Shown here piece by piece: positions 51,094-62,642 of a DNA stretch of 64,000 nt (the stretch's first letter is position 1; each line of letters starts with the position of its first letter). The DNA lies in assembly GCA_030264375.1 (NCBI GenBank), contig JASCQW010000119.1, positions 47,445,287 to 47,509,286 of the forward strand. The letters are read 5' to 3'. Origin of the DNA: Carcharhinus longimanus (taxonomy: Eukaryota). The position numbers were made by a program, and so were the translations under genes. The notes under the pieces were generated by a model that did not search any database, had not been told where the DNA came from, and was given only the letters and a program-made list of their open reading frames with translations.

Positions 51094-51394
51094 ACATGGC
51101 ATTAACTAAGTTAAAGACGCTTTTTGGACTGCCCGAAACCTGTTGATCTTCCAATGCAATGAACTGCCCTCAATGGAGTGTTGCAGACTGGCATATTTCT
51201 AAGTTCACACACTTAAGTTTGGGATGGGGAAAGGCCACTATATAAGGCCATTCAGCCAATGTAGGCCAAGGGGCCAGTAACCGCATAAAACCTCTNNNNN
51301 NNNNNNNNNNNNNNNNNNNNNNNNNNNNNNNNNNNNNNNNNNNNNNNNNNNNNNNNNNNNNNNNNNNNNNNNNNNNNNNNNNNNNNNNNNNNNN

Positions 51395-51722
51395 NGTCGC
51401 ACTATCTGTAACCCCCATGACTTGCCTGGGCTTGCAAAATCTCACTTACTGTCCTGTCTGGAGACAATACACCTCTTTAATCTATGCCTAATGCTCTCTC
51501 CACTCACATTGTCTGCATCTTTAAGACTTGAATAGCAGGTTAGCTGTAAAGACTTGTATTCTAATCAGTATTCTGTAAACTGTGTGCGCGCCTTTATATA
51601 CCCTTCTCTGATCAGAACCTTCCACACACCTGACAAAGGAACACCGGTTCCGAAAGCTTGTGGGATTACTATCAAATAAACTGGTTGGACTTTAACCTAG
51701 TGTTTTGAGACTTCTTACTGTG
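51395..51722 (+). mobile_element. Penelope-like terminal repeat (family A) with hammerhead fold
   Basis: ...cacctgacaaaggaacaccggttccgaaagcttgtg...aaataaactggttggactttaacctagtgttttgagacttcttactgtg; reverse complement of the 21162 and 48522 copies. Confidence 0.7.
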
Positions 51723-51724
51723 TT

Positions 51725-53415
51725 CTAGATTCCCAGCCAGAACAAACAACCTCTCAGTGTCTATCCTATCAAGTCCCTTCAGAATATTGCATCTTTCAAT
51801 GTGATCACCCCTCATTGTTCTAAATCTCAGGCAGTATAGGCCCAATTCAGATTGAAACCAGAGTGTAACAATCTCTCATCATAGGATTATTTTCTCATAT
51901 CTGGCACCAATCTCGTGAACCTTTGCAGCATCACCTGCAATGCAAGTATATCCTTCCTTAGACAGGAAGGGAAGGATTGTGCACAGTACTCCAGCAGTGG
52001 CTTCACCAGAGCACTGTATATTGTAGCAAGACTTTCTTATTCTTGTGCTTCTCTTGCAATAAAAACCAACATGCCTTCCTAATTGTTTGCTGCTCCTTCC
52101 TGTTGATTTTGTGTTCTGAACATCAACATTTAAAGGGTGCACACCTTTAAAAAAAATATTTTTCTGTTCTTACATGAATAACCTCATTTCCTCACATCAC
52201 CTGGTTGCCTACAACCTGTACGTCTCTTTTTGTCCCATCTCCTTCTCACAACTTGAATGCCCACCAAGCTTTGTATAGGCAGCAAACTTAAATGCATTAC
52301 TCTCAATATCTTTGTCCACATCAAAAAATGAGGATTGTAGATAGCTGAAATCCCAGCACTGATTCTTGCAGCATTCCACCAGTTATGGCTATCAACTTGA
52401 AAACGCCCCTTTCATCCTGACTCTCTTGCTTCCTTACGTTAACCAATCCTCTATTCATACTAATAGACTATTTCCACATTATGCAGACTTATCTTATGTA
52501 TTAGCTTTTTGCGTGGCATGTTATTGAATACTTGTGGAAATCTATGTCTACTAAATCTACTGGTTCTCTTTAATCTACAGTATGAGTTACATCCTCAAAA
52601 AATAACTAAGAAATAGCCTTGGTAAAATGCTGTTGACTTTGATCAAATTATGATTATCTAAGTGCATTGTTAAAACTTCCTTGTTAATAGATGTCAGTAT
52701 TTTCTCAATGACTGATATCAGGTTAACTGGCCTGTGGTTCCGTTTTCTCTCTCCTTGTTTGAATAGGAGTCTTACGTTTGCCAATTTCCAATCTGCTAGG
52801 ACTGTTCTAAAACATGACAAATTTTGGGAATTTGTAATGACTATTTCCTCTAGAACGTTAGGATGTAGTCAAGGGGATTCGTCGATTTTTAGTTCTCCTG
52901 AATTTTTATACGCTGGTATTAATTACCTTAATTTATTCAAACTGGATTACATCTGTCTCTTCTGCTGTGAAGACAGATAAAAAAAAACTTGTTGAACATC
53001 TCTGTCATTTCCTCATTCCCAAGGTCATTTAGGCTGTCTTTGCTAATGTACACATGTTCATTTTAATTATTCTCTTTTTTTAATGAGAATTAATGAGAAT
53101 TCTCATTTTTTAATGAGAAAAGCTGTGAAAGCATTTACAGTTTAAATTGGTGGATAATTTTCTCATTTAATTTTATTCCCCTTTTCAGCTCTGCAATCAC
53201 CCTGTGCTGGCTTTGAAAAAAAAACTCCCAATTCTGAGCCTTATTACTATACTTTGCAACATTACAAACATTAGCACAATCTTCAGTTTACTGAATAAGC
53301 CAGTTAAGGATCTTGCTGAGATGACTTCTCCCCTCAATGGAATGCCTTTTGATTGAACATTTTGAGTTGTACCTTTAAATATGCCCCACCATTTATTTGC
53401 CACCATACCCTTTTA
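51725..53415 (-). mobile_element. CR1 LINE ORF2, decayed
   Basis: Minus-strand ADWKLANVRLLFKQGERK.NHRPVNLISVIEKIL and KWWGIFK...VQSK.IPLR. Confidence 0.8.
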
Positions 53416-53598
53416 GTCCTGTGGATGTTTTGTGGTTGAGGTAGCATCCTATCTCTGATCCACAAGTTCTGGGTTCAAGTTCCACTTCAGAACATGTTGG
53501 CTGGAATGGGCATTCATATCATTTAAAAGAATTGATAATCAGCCTCTAATCCTTCCAATTTCTCCTTCTTATTCCTCAAAAGGAAAAAAGTGCGAAAA

Positions 53599-53865
53599 GG
53601 GTGGTACGGTGGCACAGCGGTTAACACTGCTGCCTCACAGCACGAGGTTCGATTCCCAGCTTGGGTCACAATTTGTGTGGAGTTTGCACGTTCTCCGTGT
53701 CTGTATGAGTTTCCTCCGGTTTCCTCCCACAGTCTGAAACACGTGCCAGTTAGGTACATTAACCCAAACAGGCGCCAGAGTATAGTAACAGGGGGAATTT
53801 CACAGTAACTTCATTGCAGTATTAATGTACACTTTACTTGTGACTAATAAATAAACTTTACTTTT
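53599..53865 (+). mobile_element. V-SINE with alternative tail
   Basis: gggtggtacggtggcacagcggttaacactgctgcctcacag...cccaaacaggcgccagag...tttcacagtaacttcattgcagt...tgtgactaataaataaacttt. Confidence 0.8.
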
Positions 53866-53891
53866 ATAGAAAATAAACAAATCTTTTTGGT

Positions 53892-54022
53892 CTCTGACAG
53901 TTATCCAGACTCAAAACATTAGCTCTGTTCTCTCGCCACAGATGCTGTCAGACCTGCTGAGATTTTCCAGCATATTTTGTTCTTGTTTCAGATTCAAGCA
54001 TCTGCAGTAATCTGTTTTTATT
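53892..54022 (+). mobile_element. Penelope-like terminal repeat (family B)
   Basis: ctgacagttatccagactcaaaacattagctct...ccacagatgctgtcagacctgctgagattttccagc. Confidence 0.65.
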
Positions 54023-54279
54023 TTAAATTTTTTATTCTTTTAGCTTAGGTAGTCAAATCAACTCTTGCTGAAACCTATACAATTGGCTTGGTTTGCGTTC
54101 AGCGTTCTTGTTTGGGACTGGAGTATGTCACTTTCAAATTTAGTATGGGATTCAATTATATTATGATCACTTTTCCCTGGAAGATTTTTTACTGTGAGAT
54201 TACGAATTATACCTGTCCCTCTGTTTAATGTCTCTTCAGGAAACGTTGCACTCTCAAAAATACATTTAACTGATAGCTT

Positions 54280-54460
54280 AAAAAAGAACTTGAATTTATA
54301 ATGTGTCTCATCATGTCTTGCGCTTGTGTATCATGAAGTGCTTCTAAAGCAGTGAATGAATTCTGAAGTGTAATCATAGTTGTTATTTGAGCAAATGCAA
54401 CAGCTAATCTGTGCACAAGGACCCAGAAACTGCAAATGATGTAAGTGACCAAGTTTCGAT
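54280..54460 (-). mobile_element. Deu-SINE/L2-type 3' tail
   Basis: aaagtgcttc-like and gaagtgtaatcatagttgtt...gcagctaat-like motifs ending tgtgcacaagg, reverse-complementary to 31540-31650. Confidence 0.5.
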
Positions 54461-54519
54461 CATGTTGGATGTGAGAAAAGTACAATGAGATATGATCTGA
54501 AACCAGCAAACCAGCCTCC

Positions 54520-54850
54520 CAACCACTTACTCTGTCTACACTTCCCCCTGCCTTGGCAAAGCAGCCAGCATCCCAGACATTCTCTCTTCCACCTTCTTCT
54601 GTCAGGAAAAAGATGCAAAAATCAAAGGTCACCACCAACCTAAGAACAGCTTCTTCCCTGCTGCCATCAGGCTTCTGAACAGACGTACAGTCATAGCTAG
54701 GGTGCAGAGAAAGATCAAAATGCAAGGTAACATTAGATTCTGCACCCACTCCTTTCCTTCTCTAAGAACTGTATGCTTTATCTGTATAGCAAGAAACAAT
54801 ACTTTTCACTATATGTTAATACATGTGACAATAATAAATAAAAAAAATCA
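54520..54850 (+). mobile_element. Rex1/Babar LINE 3' end
   Basis: HSLFHLLLSGKRC...T..KNSFFPAAIRLLN (HP.H.LF.LLPSG.RY...NSFFP.AIRLLN motif); tail ttttcactat...catgtgacaataataaataaa. Confidence 0.75.
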
Positions 54851-55344
54851 AAAACTTCCACATTCGCTACACAAGTTATAATAAATACTGCTGTTTTAAG
54901 TATTGATGTATTGATTAATATTGTCCTGGGATTTTTTTTAAAGTGACAGCTACGCTGACCTCACTAAATGAAGTGCAGTTTCCGACTTGAACATCTTGTT
55001 AAAATCCAAGGTCTGCTATTTGCCTCCAAATGGTTTCAGTTCTAAAAAACCTTTCGTAAATTCACAGCAAATGATTTCAGCTGCTCAGCGAAAGCTTTGC
55101 AAAAGAAATGTTCTTGCTTCCATGCACCACAGAATGAGCTGCCCTGCTTTTGATCCAAATAGCTTACGGCAGCTTGTTTAATCTGCGCTGACGGCAGGAA
55201 AGCATTGAAAATAGATTATTTATTTCTCTACCAAGTTTCAATTCCAGAGATGTTTGGGACGTGCTGTACAAGAGAGAAGTAAGCTTCCTACAAGACAATC
55301 AGCCAGCTGTGATCTCGGGCAGAAGAACATCTCCTTAGAACTGC

Positions 55345-55505
55345 CACAAAAGCAAAACGCTGCGGATGTTGGAAATCTAAGATACACTAACAGAAAATGT
55401 TGGAAATACTCAGCAGGTCAAGCTGAGTATTACTGCAGCATCAATTCTGTTCCTCCCTCCACAAATGCTGCCTGATCTGCTAAGTATTTCCAGCATTTTC
55501 TGCTC
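55345..55505. mobile_element. Inverted pair of Penelope family B termini
   Basis: cagaaaatgttggaaatactcagcaggtcaagc (55391-55423) vs gcctgatctgctaagtatttccagcattttctg (55470-55502). Confidence 0.65.
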
Positions 55506-56014
55506 TAAAACTGCCTCTCTTAACTATGTTTTCAATATTGTTGAGGACGATTTGTTTTCGGATCGTAGAACTAATTCTACCAGAGGGAAGATTCTTGCAT
55601 GTCCATGTGCTTATTTGGAGTGAAAGCTGGTGTGAATTGGCTGAGGAACTTACAGCTCTACACTACATATAAATATAACAGTGCCACATTTTAAGCTACT
55701 TTAAAGAGCAGAAGCATAAAATTTTCTTGTTTGATTCATTGGTCTATGGATCACACTAGATCATTGGCTTGGGATTCATTGCTTCTCAGATTTTAATCTC
55801 AGGATTGGAAATAGGACCTTCGACAGTTTGGGTTCCAAGATAGAAATAACCATAGAGGGTAATCTTCAAAGCAATGCATTGTTGTATTGATACAAACACA
55901 TCAGAAGACTTCAAACTGATTTCAAAATCAGGAAGGAAGATTCGGAAGAAATGTATAATTGCTTCCCCAAGCTCTTGACACAAACCTGTCAAGACATACC
56001 CTTTAGTTTAGTTT

Positions 56015-56310
56015 AGGGCAAAACAGTGATTAGCGTTGCTACCTCACCTGGGTTCAATTCCCAGTTTGGGTCACCGTGTGGAGTTTAGAAATTCTCCCCG
56101 TGTCTACATGGGTTTCCTCCAGATGCCCTGTTTCCTCCCACAATGCAAAGGTGTGTAAGTTAGACACATTGGCCATGCTAAATTCTCCCTCAGTGTACCC
56201 GAACAGGAGCTGGAATGTAGCGACTAGGGGAATTTCACAGTAACTTCATTGCAGTGTTAACGTAAGCCTACTTGTGACCAATAAATAAACTTTAAATTAA
56301 CTTTAACTTT
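56015..56310 (+). mobile_element. V-SINE with alternative tail
   Basis: Same structure as 46032 and 53599; ends tgtgaccaataaataaactttaaattaactttaacttt. Confidence 0.8.
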
Positions 56311-57097
56311 AGTTGAGGGAAATATAAAGCTACTTTTAAAAGTCAGCTTTTGTGAGATTTCTGAGACAAATTTGCTGGATTTCTTTCGTTAAAAAGAAGG
56401 TAGCCCAGAAGACTCATTATTACTACTGGCCCTTCCCAATTTTTGTCAGTCTTCTCCGGAGCAGGAATTGCTCTGTCCCATTGGTAGCAATGCATGCTGC
56501 TTTCAGTCTGCAAGTCACAACGTCATGCTAAACAGCTATTTTCTATAACGCTGTCGAAACCCAAAGTCACTTTCGACACACATACTAGCCAAAACATGGC
56601 CATTTTGTGCATATGGAGATTGCTGAGCCCCATATGCAGTTTATAAAATCATAATGGCTTCACTTCAAAAGTAATTAACTGGTTGTAAAGCACTCGGGGA
56701 TATCCTGAGGAAATACTATTAATGTGCATTTATTCTTCGCTGCAGCACCTGTTGTAACATATTGCTGCTATCACCTTTACTAAGAAAATAATTGCCAATT
56801 ATATTTTCCAGTAATAGTCACCCAAAATATGCAAGTGGGTACTGTATCTTTTGGGAAAAAATATTAATGGCATATGTAAATATATATGCCCAGAAGCTGG
56901 ACCAGAACGATAGAAGTGTTAAAAACCTCAACACTTAAAATAAGTTATACTACTATGTCTACATTGTTCTCGAATTTCATGATATATCTGTATATTGTTA
57001 GAATAAACTAGCTCTCTTATGCTCGTGTTTTTGGATAGTTTTATCTGCAGTCTCAACATGTTGCTCTTTGCTACAATGGGAAACGCCCCAGTATTTA

Positions 57098-57330
57098 CTT
57101 ATAGAATCCCTACAGTGCAGGAGACCACTCGGCCCATCAAGTCTGCAGCAACTCTCCGACAGAGCGTCTTACCCAGACCCACTCTCTGACCTAACCCATA
57201 ACCCCACATATTTATCCCTCTAACTTCCTTAAACCTCACATCTTTGGAGTAGAGGGGAAACCGGAGCCCCCTGGAGGAAACCCATGCCGACACGCGGAAA
57301 ATGTGCAAACTCCACAGTCACCCAAGGCTG
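57098..57330 (-). mobile_element. HE1-like V-SINE
   Basis: atagaatccctacagtgcag...ggcccatc...gaggaaacccatgccgacacgcggaaaatgtgcaaactccacagtcacccaagg. Confidence 0.8.
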
Positions 57331-57509
57331 GATGGTTCTCTTCCCAAGTGCAGTCATCCTTAGTGCCAGTTAGTGAATCTACACAAATGCTCATTGTGGT
57401 TTAAACATCCTTTCTATAAGGAGGTCCCAGAAGTGCAAATAATTATGGCATGTGCAAAATTACCACTTCTGCTCTTGCAATCTGGGTTCCACTTTATAAA
57501 GGCAAAGTT

Positions 57510-58305
57510 ATTTTTATTTGTTCACAGGATGCAGGTGGCACTGGCAAAGCCAACATTTATTGCCCATATGTAATTGCCCTTGAAAAGGCACTAGTGAGTC
57601 ACTTTCTTGAACCCCTGCACTCTATGTGATGTAGGTATACCGAAAGTGCTATTAGAGAGGAAGCTCTAGGATTTTGACCCAGCGACAGTGAAGGAACGAT
57701 GGCCAACATTAGTTGCAGATCATCATGTTATGTGGCTTGGAGGGTAACTTACAGGTGGTGATGATCCAATACATCTGCTGCCCTTGTCCTTTGAGATAGT
57801 AAAGTTGCAGATTTAGAAGGTGCAGTCGAAGGAGCCTTGGTGAGTTGCTGCAGTGCATCTTGTAGATGGCATATACTGCTGCCACTTTGCGGAGGGTGTG
57901 GATGTTTATAATTGGGGTCTCAAGCAAAGGTACTTTGTCCGGGATGGTGTCAAGCCTCATAAGTGTTGTTGGAGCTGCACTCATCCAGGCAAGTGGAAAA
58001 TATTCCATCACATTTCTAACTTGTGGCGTGTAGGTGTTGGACAGGCTTTGCGGAGACAGGAGATGACTTACTCATCACATGATTCCCAGCCTCTGACCTG
58101 GTCTTGTAGCCATGGCATTTATATGGCTAGTCAAGTTCAGTTTCTGGTCAATAGTAACCCCTAGGATATTGATAATGGGGGACTCAGCAATGATAATGCA
58201 ATCCAGTGTCATGGGGAAATAGATTTTTAGATTCTCTCTTGTTGGCAATAGTAATAGTCTGGCACTTGTGTGGCAGAAACGTTGCTGCTAATCATAAGCC
58301 CAAGA
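57510..58305 (-). mobile_element. CR1-clade LINE (second family) 3' part
   Basis: MMEYFPLAWMSAAPTTL..LDTI.DK...VAAVYAIYKMHCSNSPRLLR.HL; tail gccaacatttattgcccat...taattgccct. Confidence 0.75.
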
Positions 58306-58634
58306 TAATGACAAACTATCGTATTAATATATGCTGAAATATTCTGCATCTGACTGAAATGTGGTGTTCTGGGAGCCACAGGTGCCAAGTGTAATTAGCA
58401 ATTTCTTGAAGACTGACAAATGCTGTCTTTGGGAAAAATACCAACTGAAAGCCCAAGCTTTTGAGACAGATCAAAGGCACAACTTTAACGACGGTACTCC
58501 TGACAATGCTGAATTTATGCTGCACGTGCTTTAAGTCGCTAATTAAGAACAGTTGTCCCGAACTGAGGAGGCATTAGAGGTTCATTACTAGAACATAAAA
58601 AAGGTGCTCAGACACAGAGGGTAGATCTTCATGG

Positions 58635-59670
58635 GCAGGGAACAATTTCAAAGTTTGCGGCTGACACAAAACTTGGAATTAGCGTAAACTGAAGAGGACA
58701 GCGTAGAATTTCAAAAACTCATAGGTCAATGGAGGGGGCACACTGGTGGCAGACGTAGTTCAACGAAAAAAGTGTGAGGTGATGCATTTTGGTAGGGAGA
58801 ACATGGAGAGACATTAATTAAGATGTAAAGTTTTTAAGGGGATGCAGGTGCAGAGGGAGCTAAGTGTAAATGTGCATAGATCACAGAAGGAGGCAAGACA
58901 GGCAGAGAGCAGTTATTAAAGCGTATAGCATTCTGGGCTTTATTAATAGGGGCATAAAGTACTAGTGCAAGAAGGTTATANNNNNNNNNNNNNNNNNNNN
59001 NNNNNNNNNNNNNNNNNNNNNNNNNNNNNNNNNNNNNNNNNNNNNNNNNNNNNNNNNNNNNNNNNNNNNNNNNNNNNNNNATTAATAGGGGCATAAAGTA
59101 CTAGTGCAAGAAGGTTATACTGAACAAGACACTAGTTAGACCTCAGCTGGAATACTATGTAACATTCTGGGTGCCATTTTCCTAAGAAGGATATGAATGC
59201 ATTGGAGAGTGTCCAGAAATGATTTACAAGAATGATTCCAGACATGAGAAACTTCAGTATATTGGAGAGGTTGGGAATGTTCTTGGAGAGGAGAAGGCAA
59301 AGAGATGTTGAACATCATGAGGGGGCTGAACAGAGATGAGAGGGAGAAACTGTTCCCGCTTGTAAAAGGATCAAGAAAGAAGAGGGCACATATTTTAACT
59401 GATTTGCAAAGAAGCAAATGTAATGTGAGAAAAAGCCTTCTCTCACAGCCAGTGGTTCAGCTCTGGAATGTGCTGCCTGGAAGTTTAGTGAAGACTGGTT
59501 CAATCGAGGCATTCAAGAAGCATTTAGATGCTTGCTTGAATAGAAACAACGTGCAGAGGTACAGGGAAAAGGCAGGAGAATGGCATTAAGTCATGACCCT
59601 CGTTTGTGGATCCAGTGCAGACACAATGGGCCAAATGGCCTCCAGTGCTGCAACAGTTCTGTGATCCTGT
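58635..59670 (+). mobile_element. CR1 LINE RT core to 3' tail
   Basis: GTISKFAADTKLG (FADD motif decayed), KCEVMHFGR, REKLFPLV...VVQLWNVLP...SIEAFKKHLD; tail gggccaaatggcctcc. Confidence 0.85.
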
Positions 59671-60449
59671 GAATTGGAAGTCTCTGTGTATTTACTCTGC
59701 AGTCTTGCAAAGTGGTGTAGAGGCTGAAAAACTTTAACCTCAAAATCCCAGAGACTACGTTGTGCGTGCATTTCTCATGTCAATGGACTTTTTGGTTTTG
59801 AAGAGCGTTCAATTTCATTGCAAAGACTCACTGTTAGACCAAATTTTCACCTGGGGTTTCCAAAACAACACTGCAGTGTTCACACAAGTCTACTTGTGAG
59901 ACTAACAAATAAAACTTTAAAACTGGCTGCTGGCCTGTAAAGGTTTTGGGAAAGCAGTCACTCCCAACTGCTTTTCTCTCAAACACAAGACAACTACAAT
60001 AAAGTAAAAAGGTGGAAGTCTCCACTGTTACTGAAGTTCAGGATCACCAAAACATTGGACGCAGATTTCAGTATAAAGTCAGGGTTGTTGATCAGTCGTC
60101 TGAAAAGTGTTGCACTTTTATCTGATTTGAGAATTCATAAAGCAGGTCTATATTGGCAACGATAGACACTTGAGCCTGAGAATTCCATGGGGAATAATTA
60201 ATCAGTGAGATTCTAAGCATCGTTATGTAATTAAAGGCCCTCAGCAAAAGAATCGTGTTTTTGAAGCAACAGATAATGCCAACACCGAGAATGATGGTGA
60301 CAACTGCATGAAGGAATTGCACTGGTCACTGGCAATGTGAGTCTGGTGCAAGCAAAGCACCACGTGCATCACATACTTGTATTCTGAGGTGCAAAGCCAG
60401 AGGGAAAGATACAACAGGTCAGGAGTGAGCTATCAATAGAAAATCTGAC

Positions 60450-61160
60450 TCTGATCAACAGAAAGGGGCCATTTTGTACAGAGGTCAAGTGCCTAAAATG
60501 GGTTCCGGGTGTTGTACCTTCCGGAAGGATCAGATAACGGTGGGACAGGCCACAAGATCTACTGAGCAAAGTAAGAATTAACTCAAAGGCCAGGGTGATG
60601 GGCAAGCAATGGACGTCATGGACTGGGAGAATGGAGTACAAGAGCAAAAAATAAGGAAGTACTGCCCAAGTTTTAATAATGGTTTGGGTGATAAATTCAG
60701 GTGAGGACACATTCACATACAGTGGACAGGATTTGTGGGGGGTTGAACAGTAGGGACCCAGGAAGGCTTTAACAGCTAAGATGGGGGGTTGCAACTTGGG
60801 CGAGACGACAGAGTAGAGTGGTGAATATCGGAGACAATGAGGCAATAGCAGGAGCTCCATGACTGAAAGTTTTTTTTGGTAACAGCTGTAGCAGGGAGTA
60901 AAGATATACGTGAGGCTAAACAAAAGGAGTTGGAAAATTGAGGTGGGAGTTCAGTCATTGTTGATGGTCCCAAATTGGGGAGAGCCAATATTATTACAAA
61001 ACAGTATGGGTCTAAGATGACTTTGCACCAATGATTGTATTTGGAGAACAACTGCCCACCACAGTCAGGAGGGCAAGGAACTCAGAGATACAAATACTTC
61101 TGGAGAGGAGACAGAGCAGCTCCAAAGTCTGATTGGACAAAGGGATTGGTGAGACACACA
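60450..61160 (-). mobile_element. L2-like LINE endonuclease-region remnant
   Basis: ISEFLALLTVV...NTIIG resembles FL.EFS.LLS...IILGDFN; very degenerate. Confidence 0.35.
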
Positions 61161-61815
61161 GATAAGGCTGGAGGTAAGCTTTGATGTTTTTGAACCAAGT
61201 ACTACATGAAACATCCAAACGACATGATGTCTTAAAGGCGAACAAATTTAAACAATTACAGATGGGGAAATGTGTATTGATGTTTCCATATTTGGAATCT
61301 AGAATTGATTGTGTTCAGTGGCATCTCCCTCACAAGCCTCGCTGATTGAGTACAAGTGCAGTGGCTTTCATAATATTTCTTACGGGGGTAAAATAAGAAG
61401 TTTTATTCCTTGGCTTGGGAAGCCGAGTAACAAAGCAAATAGTAAAGAAGCACCCTGGCTGCAGAGACTCTCACGCTAGCTGCCTGACATGGCATTATTT
61501 ATACATAAAACTTCAGCAGTAACACTGCAGGGAGGAAACGATCAAGGAAATATCCCAATAGAAAGTGATGTTGACAATCAACTCCTTTGGGATAATGTAC
61601 ATTCCATGGGGTGTAAGAGCAAAAGAGGGGTGCAAATTGATTTCACAAGTCCTAAACAAATGGCAAAAAGAATGGGGCTTAGATTTCCTATGGGTTGATG
61701 CAAGGCGTCAGTTATCAGATTGTTTCTTGTAGGATTGCTCGTAGTCAGAGCAACTGTTGGGGGTATTTAGAAGAGGGATGTCTTAGGATGTGAGACATGA
61801 AAATGAGAGGCTTAC

Positions 61816-61854
61816 TCTTCTGTCCTCAATTTCTATTCTTGATAATTATATTGC
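61816..61854 (-). other. Candidate 39-nt non-coding micro-exon (plagl2 leader?)
   Basis: Strong acceptor tgtattttcttttcag|G and donor AGA|GTAAGC; stops in all three frames. Confidence 0.35.
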
Positions 61855-62642
61855 CTGAAAAGAAAATACACTCGTATTTGTTTCCAACAGGAAAAAGGGA
61901 ATAATTTTCCTGTTGAAATGGTGCTGCGATGAAGCACTGGCTTGAAATTGGGAATGAAGAATAGTTGTCCCCAGTTTCCGAGGAGGCATTGGAGCTTCAT
62001 TATTCAAATACTGGGCATTAAAGAGGACTGGAAGAGTCAGTGCAGTCTTGGAAATAAATTTGCCTGAAGGTACAGGCTGGCTTCAGACTCTCTCTTCAGC
62101 TCTGCATTTAACATTCAAAGACAGAAAAGCGATTTTATAAGCAAATTTGATTATGAATGTGCAGATAAAATTATGGACGTTTTAAAAGTTTTGTTGCAGA
62201 AAAAATATTGGCTCAATTAATTGTTAAAACATTTGCAATTTGCCAGATTAAGTTTAAAGAAATTTTTAAACGTAAAACAAATTTCCTTTGGGAAAGTTTT
62301 TTATATTTCACCCAGTCAAGAAGCATGGTCAACATGAATCACACCGAATGCCATTACTATTAATATGTACTCTTACTTCTCCTGCATTGCTCATACTGAA
62401 TCAGTCATCTCTTAAGTTCAGGAAGGTTACAAAATGGAAAGTCTTGACACAAACTCTTAAAAGTGTAAAGTTTATTGAACATGTCAATTAAGAGATTGCA
62501 AAATCCTGGTCTTCATATTCTGGAGAGTCTCTTACTATTTTTCTTCAAGTCTGACAAAAATTAATAATTATGTTTAAAAAGTTTGGCAGAGAAAATATAC
62601 AGTGTACGATTTTTATACAAAATACATATACATATTTCACAG

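Noticed and set aside
58942-59119. Exact 39 bp direct repeat either side of a 100-N gap
   Set aside because: Same scaffolding artefact inside a CR1 copy.
60369-60923. 184-aa minus-strand ORF (and the 174-aa ORF at 54225-54749)
   Set aside because: Off-frame or antisense readings of decayed LINE/SINE sequence.
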